A stretch of DNA of 64,000 nucleotides from an uncultured Clostridia bacterium (lineage in GTDB: Bacteria; Bacillota; Clostridia; Christensenellales; CAG-917), in NCBI GenBank assembly GCA_944360115.1, contig CALVTH010000004.1, forward strand, positions 3,330-67,329. The letters are read 5' to 3'. The notes beneath the pieces were generated by a model. It had not been told where the DNA came from and did no database searches. It worked only from the letters and a program-made list of their open reading frames with translations. Position 1 is the first letter of the stretch. The number at the start of each line of letters is the position of its first letter. The position numbers and the translations under genes are program-made. This document shows positions 55,663 through 64,000 of this stretch, piece after piece.

Positions 55663-56642
55663 TGTTTTTCTCCGTCGGGGGCGTCCTCGGGCCCTTCCCG
55701 TCCGTCGGTCGCGCTCTCGTCGAAAACTATTTCGCAATCGGCGCAGTCCGACACGGCGGCAATCACCGCCCGCTCGGCAGCGTACGCCGCGGCGGTCTGC
55801 AAAAGCAACGGATTGAGCACGGGCTTGTGCCCCGAAGCCAGACAGAAAACCGTGTCTCCGTCGTAGTCGGTGTGCACGGGGCGTATGGCGCGCGCCAGTC
55901 CGTCGTGTGCGCAGGAGGCCAGTTTGTTCGCCTGCGCCTTGTCGATTTTGGCGTCGGTTATTATGCAGCCGATAGTGGTGTTTGCGCCCGCGAACAGTTT
56001 GAGAAGACCGCCCGAGACGATGTGTTTTTCGGTGCCGATGAAAGAGCCGTCGTTGGCTTTTGCGCCCGCCGCGATTTTGCCGGTCTCGGGGTCGGTCACA
56101 TCGCCGAGGGCGTTGACGACCATTATCGCCGTCACGAAGACGCCCGCCGTTTTGACGGTGAAGGCACCCACGCCCGATTTGCAGGCGTATTTCATTCCGC
56201 GTATCTTGCCCACCGTCGCGCCCTTGCCCGCGCCGTACTGTCCGAAGCGCGGCGTCGACGAAGCGTTCGCGCAGGCTTCGTAGCCCTTGTCGGGCGTGGG
56301 GTAGTGATAGTCTTTGTCGTTGAGGTCGAATATCACGGCGGCGGGAACTATGGGCACGGTTTTGCCCGCCGTGCGGTAACCCGCGCCGCGCTCTCTGAGA
56401 TATTCCATAACGCCGCTTGCCGCGCCCAGCCCGTATGCGCTGCCTCCCGCAAGCACTACGGCGTTGATTTTGTCCATCATCTTTTCGGGGCGGAGCAGGT
56501 CCGTCTCGCGCGTGCCGGGCGCGCCGCCGCGACAGTCCGCGCCGCCCACCGCGCCCTTTTCGCACAAAACGACGGTCACGCCCGTGTATTCGTCCTGCGC
56601 TTCTCCGACTTTGAAACCTTTCGGAATGACGATTTTTTTCAT
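55659..56642 (-). CDS. P1/S58 (DmpA/BapA-like) family aminopeptidase
   Basis: GVTVVLCEKGAVGGADCRGGAPGTRETDLL and NAVVLAGGSAYGL motifs. GGGAGGA RBS before ATG 56642. The remaining 5-prime part of the 714-aa ORF is antisense to mscS. Confidence 0.8.
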   Translation of the reverse strand: MKKIVIPKGFKVGEAQDEYTGVTVVLCEKGAVGGADCRGGAPGTRETDLLRPEKMMDKINAVVLAGGSAYGLGAASGVMEYLRERGAGYRTAGKTVPIVPAAVIFDLNDKDYHYPTPDKGYEACANASSTPRFGQYGAGKGATVGKIRGMKYACKSGVGAFTVKTAGVFVTAIMVVNALGDVTDPETGKIAAGAKANDGSFIGTEKHIVSGGLLKLFAGANTTIGCIITDAKIDKAQANKLASCAHDGLARAIRPVHTDYDGDTVFCLASGHKPVLNPLLLQTAAAYAAERAVIAAVSDCADCEIVFDESATDGREGPEDAPDGEKQ

Positions 56643-56951
56643 TGATTCCTCCCTCGGCGGCGCGCGTCTCCGACGGCGCGGCGTCAATCGGGTTGTGCGG
56701 ACGGAGCCGGAGCGCCGACCGCTAAAAAACATTATACCATTTTGAGGTCGCGCGCGCAATAACGCGCGCAACAATGCGCCGCTTTTTGCGCTCGGGAGGG
56801 CGACCGCGAGTGCCGCCCGCAGTCGCGGCGCGCGGCGGCGCGGGCGCACATTTCCGCATACGCGCGAAATTTCTTTATCACTCGGCGGGAATGTGGTATA
56901 ATCATAATGTTGTGCCGCAAGGCACCTACGATAAACATCGCGGAGTGCACA

Positions 56952-57851
56952 ATGGAAGATTTCGGACAGAAAATCGTTGATTTTTTCAAAAACGCGGGCT
57001 GGGGAATACTCTTCGGAGCAATCATACTCGTTGTCGGGCTGGTTATATGCTGGGTCGTCAAGAAGATACTCAAGGCGGTTCTGCTCAAGCGTGCCAAGCG
57101 CGACGAGGCTATGGTCAATTTCGTCGCGGCGCTTGTGGATGTTATCCTGAAAATAATTGTCCTCATAACCGCGCTTGCGACTATGGGAATCAACACGGCG
57201 TCCATCATCGCGGTGATAGGAACCTGCGGCGTCGCCATTGGTCTTGCGCTCAAGGACAGCCTCGGCAACATCGCAAGCGGCATAATGATTATCTTCAACA
57301 AGCCTTTCAAAAAAGACGACTACGTCGAGATAGCGGGCGAAGAGGGCAGGATTTCCGCGATTAACCTGTTCAACACCACTTTGCGCACGGACGATAACAC
57401 CGAAATCATCGTTCCCAATTCCGAGGCGGTCAACAATCCCATAATCAACTACGACGCCTGCGGCGAACGCCGTATTGTCATCGAAATCGCCGTCGAAAAG
57501 GGCACCGACATTCAACCCGTACGCGAGACCGTGCTGGCGGTAGTGGCGGACGAGCCGCTCGTAACCGCCGACAGAGGGGTGAGCGTTTGTATGGATTCCC
57601 AGAACAGCAACGGCGTCGTGCTCAAACTGAAATGCTACGCGCCCGTTACGGATTACTGGACGGCGAAATACAACCTCACGGAAAATGTGTATACCGCACT
57701 CAAGGAAAAGGATATACTCACGCCGAATATGCAGGTCGACGTGCACGAGGGCAAGCGTCCCGCACCCATAGTGCTCCGCGGCAAAAGCAAAGCGGTCAGG
57801 CACGTCAAAGAGAACAGCAACGGCGACGAGGACGGGGACGGAGAAGAATGA
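56952..57851 (+). CDS. mscS: small-conductance mechanosensitive channel (MscS family)
   Basis: Three TM helices then GVAIGLALKDSLGNIASGIMIIFNKPFKKDDYVEI...GRISAINLFNTTLRTDDNTEIIVPNS. TGgTATAAT promoter with -10 at 56897-56902. Confidence 0.88.
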   Translation: MEDFGQKIVDFFKNAGWGILFGAIILVVGLVICWVVKKILKAVLLKRAKRDEAMVNFVAALVDVILKIIVLITALATMGINTASIIAVIGTCGVAIGLALKDSLGNIASGIMIIFNKPFKKDDYVEIAGEEGRISAINLFNTTLRTDDNTEIIVPNSEAVNNPIINYDACGERRIVIEIAVEKGTDIQPVRETVLAVVADEPLVTADRGVSVCMDSQNSNGVVLKLKCYAPVTDYWTAKYNLTENVYTALKEKDILTPNMQVDVHEGKRPAPIVLRGKSKAVRHVKENSNGDEDGDGEE

Positions 57852-58348
57852 CGGACGGCAGGACGACGGACAACGCGGTCGACCGCGCGGCGAAAGCCGA
57901 GGCGTATTTCACGGAAGGGTACAACTGCGCACAGTCGGTGGCGCTGGCGTTTGCCGACCTGCTGGGCGCGGACGAAGAGACCCTGAAAGCCGTCGCCGCG
58001 CCGTTCGGCGGTGGAATGGGCAGACTGCGCGAAGTGTGCGGCGCGGTGAGCGGAATGTTTATGGTGGCGGGGCTTGCGCTCCGTGCCGACACGCTCGACC
58101 GCAACGAAAAGAACGCCTTGTACGCTCTCGAACGCGAAATGGCGCGGCTGTTTGCCGAGCAGGCGGGCAGCATAGTGTGCCGCGAACTGCTGCTCACGCG
58201 ACCGCACGGCGACACCCACAATTCGCAGAAGCCCAAGTGCCGCGAACTGGTGGGCATAGCAGCCCGTATAGCAGAGGCGAAGATTTTCGCGGACTCCGAC
58301 GCAGGCGCGGCGGAGCGCGCAACCGAGGAGGACGGAAAAAATGAGTGA
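57848..58348 (+). CDS. C_GCAxxG_C_C family protein (putative redox-active), copy 1
   Basis: GYNCAQSVALAF, PFGGGMGRLREVCGAVSG, and later Cys at IVCREL and PKCREL. The start overlaps the mscS stop (ATGA). Confidence 0.8.
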   Translation: MTDGRTTDNAVDRAAKAEAYFTEGYNCAQSVALAFADLLGADEETLKAVAAPFGGGMGRLREVCGAVSGMFMVAGLALRADTLDRNEKNALYALEREMARLFAEQAGSIVCRELLLTRPHGDTHNSQKPKCRELVGIAARIAEAKIFADSDAGAAERATEEDGKNE

Positions 58349-58781
58349 CATCACCGCGACGACCCGCGGAGAAAAGGCGAAGCAACTTTATGCGAAAGGC
58401 TACAACTGCGCGCAGGCGGTCGCGCTGGCGTTCGTCGATGTGACGGGCGTGGACGAGGAGACCGTGGGCACGGCTTCGGCGCCTTTCGGAGGCGGCATGG
58501 GCAGGCTGGGCGAGGTGTGCGGCGCCGTGAGCGGAATGTTGATGACGCTCTCTTTCCTGCGCCGTCCCAACACGCTCGACCCCCGCGAGAAAGCCGCGCT
58601 GTACGCAGAGGAGCGCGCCCTCGCCGAGGAGTTCCGCGCCGCGGCGGACTCCATTCTTTGCCGCGACCTGCTGCTCATGCGCGCAGGCAGGAAAGAGGGC
58701 AGGGGGCTTGCCTGCCCCGATCTCGTCGCGCTGGCGGTGGGTATATTGGAAGAACACGAAAACGCGCGCTCAAACAAATAA
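58341..58781 (+). CDS. C_GCAxxG_C_C family protein, copy 2 (tandem paralogue)
   Basis: GYNCAQAVALAF, PFGGGMGRLGEVCGAVSG, ILCRDL, LACPDL. The start overlaps the end of copy 1 by 8 nt. Confidence 0.8.
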   Translation: MSDITATTRGEKAKQLYAKGYNCAQAVALAFVDVTGVDEETVGTASAPFGGGMGRLGEVCGAVSGMLMTLSFLRRPNTLDPREKAALYAEERALAEEFRAAADSILCRDLLLMRAGRKEGRGLACPDLVALAVGILEEHENARSNK

Positions 58782-58886
58782 AACTACATATAAACGCCGT
58801 TTTCGCGCAAAAGCGTGACAAAACGGAACGACGGACAAGGCGGGAAACCGCGACTTGGAAAGACTTGCAAAGGACGGAGAAAAGAT

Positions 58887-59180
58887 ATGTTGGACAGCAG
58901 ACAGAGAGCAAAACTCCGCGCTATGGCTAACGGTTTGCAGCCCTTCTTTCAGATTGGAAAGGGCGGCATAAACGACAATATGACGGCGGACATTTCCGCC
59001 GCGCTCGACGCGCACGAACTGGTCAAAATCAGCGTGCTGAGGACTGCCGACGGCACACCGCGCGAATTGCTTTCGGCGCTGGCTTCCGCGCTCGGCGCAG
59101 AGGAAGTGGCGGCGACGGGCGGCAAAATCGTCCTCTATCGCAGGAGCGACCGCGAGGGCGTCAGACACATAGAATTATGA
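58887..59180 (+). CDS. yhbY: ribosome assembly RNA-binding protein YhbY (CRM domain)
   Basis: LDSRQRAKLRAMANGLQPFFQIGKGGINDNMTADISAALDAHELVKISV...GGKIVLYR is the canonical YhbY/CRS1 pattern. Confidence 0.88.
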   Translation: MLDSRQRAKLRAMANGLQPFFQIGKGGINDNMTADISAALDAHELVKISVLRTADGTPRELLSALASALGAEEVAATGGKIVLYRRSDREGVRHIEL

Positions 59181-59356
59181 GAGACGACAAGACCAAACTC
59201 ACTCCCGTCGAGGAGCCGAAAGAGCAGCCTTCTTCGGAGGCGCTCAAACAGGCGCGGGAGGACATAAAACGGGCGAGACAGGCGACGCAGGATTACAAGC
59301 GACGCTATTTCGACTATTACGACGATGTGAAAATTTCGCACAGAGAGGACTGGTGA
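59177..59356 (+). CDS. candidate small charged protein (59 aa), below the ORF-track length cut-off
   Basis: The ATG overlaps the yhbY stop (ATGA) and its TGA overlaps the GTG of the downstream CDF gene (GTGA). Third codon positions are mostly G/C, like neighbouring genes. Sequence: [59 protein letters not shown]. Confidence 0.45.
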   Translation: MRDDKTKLTPVEEPKEQPSSEALKQAREDIKRARQATQDYKRRYFDYYDDVKISHREDW

Positions 59357-60483
59357 GAGGTATGGTCGGCGAAGAAAAGCGTTTCAGAAAAGGCATGGCG
59401 GCGGGGGTGTTCGGACTGTGCACCAACGCCGTGCTGTTCGCACTCAAAACCGCAGCCGGCGTGCTGAGCGGCAGTATCACGGTCGTTGCCGACGCCGTCA
59501 ACAACCTCTCCGACGCGGGCGGCAGCGCGGTCACTTTCACGGGGTTCAAGCTGGCTTCCCGTCCCGCCGACCGCGAACATCCCTTCGGGCACGCGCGCTA
59601 CGAGTATGTCACCACGCTGGTGCTTTCCCTTCTCATTTTCGCCGTGGGCGTCGTGCTCGGCTACACCTCGCTCACCAAGATACTGTCTCCCGAGCCGCTG
59701 TCGGCTTCGGCGTTTACATACGCGGTGCTGGGCGTTGCCATTGCCATGAAAGCCGTGCAGGCGACGGTGTATTCGTCGGTGGCGAAAAAGATCGCTTCCG
59801 ACACCCTGAAAGCGTCCGCGCTCGACAGTCTCACCGACATCCTCGCCACTTCCGCCGCGCTGGCGTCCACGCTGGTCATGCAGTTTGCCGAGGTCAACAT
59901 CGACGGCTACACCGGCGTCGCCGTGTCGCTGTTCATAATCGTGACGGCGGTGCGCACCGCGGTCGGCGCAATCAGTCCGCTCATCGGCAAGCGTCCGCCC
60001 GCCGAACTGGTGGACAACCTGAGGAAAATAATCCTGTCGCACGATGAGGTCATAGGCATGCACGACCTCGAAGTGCACAGTTACGGCGAGGGCACTTTCT
60101 TTGCCGTGGCGCACCTCGAAGTGGCGGCGAATATGTCGTTGTTCGCGGCGCACGAGATTGCCGACGACATAGAGCAGGATGTCCTGCGCGAAATGGGCGT
60201 TCATCTCACTCTGCACACCGACCCCATAGACACCGACGACGACGAACTCATCGCGGCGAAACTGCGCACCGAAAAAGCCGTCAAGGCGCTCGACGGCGGG
60301 CTTGCCATACACGACTTCCGTTTCGCACGCACCGCAAAGCAGACGAAGGTGCTGTTCGATGTCGTCATACCGTTCGAGAGCAAGGTAACGCTCGCGCAGG
60401 TGGAGAGTGCGGCGGCGGAAGCGCTGGCGTCCGACGGCAAGAATTACTCTTTCAACATCAACATCGACCGCCCGAGCGCGTGA
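59353..60483 (+). CDS. cation diffusion facilitator family transporter
   Basis: TM2/TM5 metal-site motifs ([26 protein letters not shown]) and a C-terminal cytoplasmic domain. An ATG at 59362 is an alternative start. Confidence 0.88.
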   Translation: MRGMVGEEKRFRKGMAAGVFGLCTNAVLFALKTAAGVLSGSITVVADAVNNLSDAGGSAVTFTGFKLASRPADREHPFGHARYEYVTTLVLSLLIFAVGVVLGYTSLTKILSPEPLSASAFTYAVLGVAIAMKAVQATVYSSVAKKIASDTLKASALDSLTDILATSAALASTLVMQFAEVNIDGYTGVAVSLFIIVTAVRTAVGAISPLIGKRPPAELVDNLRKIILSHDEVIGMHDLEVHSYGEGTFFAVAHLEVAANMSLFAAHEIADDIEQDVLREMGVHLTLHTDPIDTDDDELIAAKLRTEKAVKALDGGLAIHDFRFARTAKQTKVLFDVVIPFESKVTLAQVESAAAEALASDGKNYSFNINIDRPSA

Positions 60484-60507
60484 ATTTCGCGCGGTTTGTT
60501 CAATCGT

Positions 60508-60536
60508 TTGCCAAGCGCGAGGCGTTGTGATAGTAT
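60508..60536 (+). promoter_or_regulatory. promoter for typA (TTGCCA, 17 nt, TGaTAGTAT)
   Basis: TTGCCA at 60508-60513. Extended -10 TGATAGTAT ends at 60536. Confidence 0.5.
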
Positions 60537-60642
60537 ATTGACTTGATTTTTCGGAGCGCGGGCGCGCGGGGCGCGCGCCACGCTCTCACGCGCGGAGCTC
60601 CGCCGTCCGTCGGACGGCGCGGGCGGGGAATACGGAAAGATT

Positions 60643-62463
<1,821 letters not shown>

Positions 62464-62468
62464 TGCCG

Positions 62469-62538
62469 AAACGCGCCCCGTCACGGGGCGCGTTTTCAAC
62501 GGGAAACACGCAAAACGCGCGGTTGAGCCGCGCGTTTT
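62469..62538. terminator. two tandem terminator hairpins (the second is bidirectional)
   Basis: ACGCGCCCC-GTCAC-GGGGCGCGT-TTT at 62471-62496. AAAACGCGCGG-TTGAG-CCGCGCGTTTT at 62512-62538. They lie between typA (+) and the convergent minus-strand gene. Confidence 0.7.
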
Positions 62539-62603
62539 GTGTGTTGAAGTGGTGGTTTGTGCAATTTAAGTGTGTAGGCGCGTCAGTGCTTGTCGGCGCG
62601 GAG

Positions 62604-64000
62604 TCAGTGGCGGACGTTGGTCTTGACGAGGTGCAGCATCTCTTCCGCCGAGACGATCTCGATGTGCTCGTCCAGCAGCGAAACGAAGAGGTCCACATCG
62701 GCTATCGTCATGGACCAGGGGTGTATGTTTATGTAGGAATAGCCGTTTTCAGAGGTCGGGTCGGCGGGCATGGCATTTATTTCGTCCGCCAGTTTCTTTA
62801 TGAACTTCTCCTTGGTCAGTCCGTCGTCGGGAGTGTGCCACAGCGACTTTCTCGCGCTTATGAAGGGCTTGTCGCCGCACCATATCATCCTGCCGTCCAG
62901 TTCCCGATATCTGTCGCCGATCTGCATGAATCCGCCCGGGATGCCGTCCGTGTCGGCATATTTTTGCATCGCCCTGCCGAGTCGGTAGACGGACGTGTCG
63001 TTGTCGAGCACGGCGAGCGCGGACAGATCCGCACGCCCCATCGCCTCCGCTGTCATCCCGGCAAACGACGAAAGCAGACGGCGGGGGAATGCCGTCGGGT
63101 TGATATAGCCCATGCCCGACACTCCGCAGATGAAAGAGTCGTTTGCGTTTGCGTTGTCGTAGAGATATTTCAGCGCTTCGGGGGCGAGAGTTGCCATGAC
63201 GGGCGGCGCCGTCCAGGTCAGCTTGTAGTCTGCGGTCGAATTTTGCCTGTCTTTATAATGGTCGGTGAAGGGCAGGTTCTGGCACCATTGCAGATTGTCG
63301 CCGTCGCTCATGATGAGCGCGACATAGTGTTTCGTGCCGTCCGCGACGAGCTCTCTGTGAGCGTATTTCTGCCCGATAGGCTTGCCGCTGTCGCAGCCGG
63401 AAAGATAGCTGAGGTTGGAACTGTGGTCGGACGCGATCACGCACAGTCCGCTTCGGGTCGTCTGCTCCACATAGCCCATCTCGTCGGTGCTCCATCCGAG
63501 GACGGGCGCGTTCGGGTTTGTCTGTAAATAGACCTTTTTTCGGAACCCGACGGAGTTTTCGCTGTTCTCGTCCGTGTAGAAACAGAAAGCCCCTGCCGCG
63601 ATGCCGTAGTCGCGGAGAGCGGCAAGGTCCGGCGATTGGTGTATCAGCACGTTCTTGTTGAGGACGTCTTTATACCGCTCGTATAATGACTCGTAGGTGT
63701 TCGCATAGCTGCCGTCCCGGTTTTTCAGGGTCATATCCGCTTTGAGTTCCAGTCCGCGGCGTTCCGCCTCCTCTTGCGCCGAGCGCGGAACGGACAGCCA
63801 TCTCTCCGCGCCCGAAACGGTGGCGGCGGTGTTGACGGTGAAGCTGCCGACACCTTCGAAAAGGACGTAACCGTTGTCCGAGAGATGCTCCTTGCAGGCG
63901 AGCACCAGCTCCCATGGGTCGGAAAATTCGGTCACGGTCAGTCCTTTTTCGGCGACGAACTTTTCCGCGTAAACAAAATTGTCGGAGTCTTTTATGTAAA
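62604..64000 (-). CDS. GxGYxYP-family putative glycoside hydrolase (N-terminus outside window)
   Basis: Motif VSGMGYINP (GxGYxYP) plus IMSDGDNLQW. The frame stays open upstream of GTG 63935 to the window edge (..YIKDSDNFVYAEKFVAEKGLT), so the gene is probably 5-prime truncated here. Confidence 0.7.
   Translation of the reverse strand, partial: YIKDSDNFVYAEKFVAEKGLTVTEFSDPWELVLACKEHLSDNGYVLFEGVGSFTVNTAATVSGAERWLSVPRSAQEEAERRGLELKADMTLKNRDGSYANTYESLYERYKDVLNKNVLIHQSPDLAALRDYGIAAGAFCFYTDENSENSVGFRKKVYLQTNPNAPVLGWSTDEMGYVEQTTRSGLCVIASDHSSNLSYLSGCDSGKPIGQKYAHRELVADGTKHYVALIMSDGDNLQWCQNLPFTDHYKDRQNSTADYKLTWTAPPVMATLAPEALKYLYDNANANDSFICGVSGMGYINPTAFPRRLLSSFAGMTAEAMGRADLSALAVLDNDTSVYRLGRAMQKYADTDGIPGGFMQIGDRYRELDGRMIWCGDKPFISARKSLWHTPDDGLTKEKFIKKLADEINAMPADPTSENGYSYINIHPWSMTIADVDLFVSLLDEHIEIVSAEEMLHLVKTNVRH

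Noticed and set aside
55659-57803. 714-aa minus-strand ORF
   Set aside because: Only the last 327 codons (from ATG 56642, with a GGGAGGA RBS) form the S58/P1 peptidase. The upstream part is antisense to mscS and crosses two divergent promoters.

Overview
GC-rich (about 60% by eye, not computed) bacterial chromosomal segment with Firmicutes/Clostridia hallmarks: hprK, whiA, rpmE-DUF1385/prmC-prfA, dnaE-pfkA, Cys lipoboxes, TGnTATAAT-type promoters and hairpin+T-tract terminators. I support about 57 protein genes, mostly housekeeping. They cover translation (rpmE, prfA, prmC, trpS, typA, yhbY, rRNA methyltransferase), replication/repair (dnaE, uvrC, MGMT-like), cell wall and cell cycle (murB, whiA), glycolysis (ATP-type pfkA next to a PPi-type PFK, mgsA), threonine synthase, adenine deaminase, K+ uptake (trkH/trkA), mechanosensitive channels (mscL, mscS) and thiamine salvage. 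The thiamine module is a TPP riboswitch, a ThiT-like transporter and a convergent thiamine pyrophosphokinase. The window also holds several regulators (ArsR, AraC, TetR, one two-component system), three orphan lipoproteins and a few orphan genes. I saw no rRNA, tRNA, CRISPR array, transposase, integrase or phage genes, so this looks like core chromosome rather than a mobile or defence island. Every gene checked is shadowed by a long codon-aligned antisense ORF, up to 1723 aa opposite whiA-dnaE. I read these as a codon-usage artefact (near absence of TTA/CTA/TCA codons), not as genes. I cannot demonstrate a defined novel system from sequence alone. The best candidates for follow-up are four. 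(1) The DUF5685-like / HPD-less J-like 'cysteine-string' / membrane-protein operon at 14113-16485. (2) The tightly coupled redox-enzyme plus two-component operon at 38510-43733, whose histidine kinase is anchored by C-terminal rather than N-terminal helices. (3) An unclassified promoter-leader-terminator element at 2911-3041, in front of a TM1266-like ACT protein and an ABC importer whose binding protein looks circularly permuted. (4) Several strongly signalled small ORFs. Start codons and short-motif coordinates were derived by hand and may be off by a few bases.
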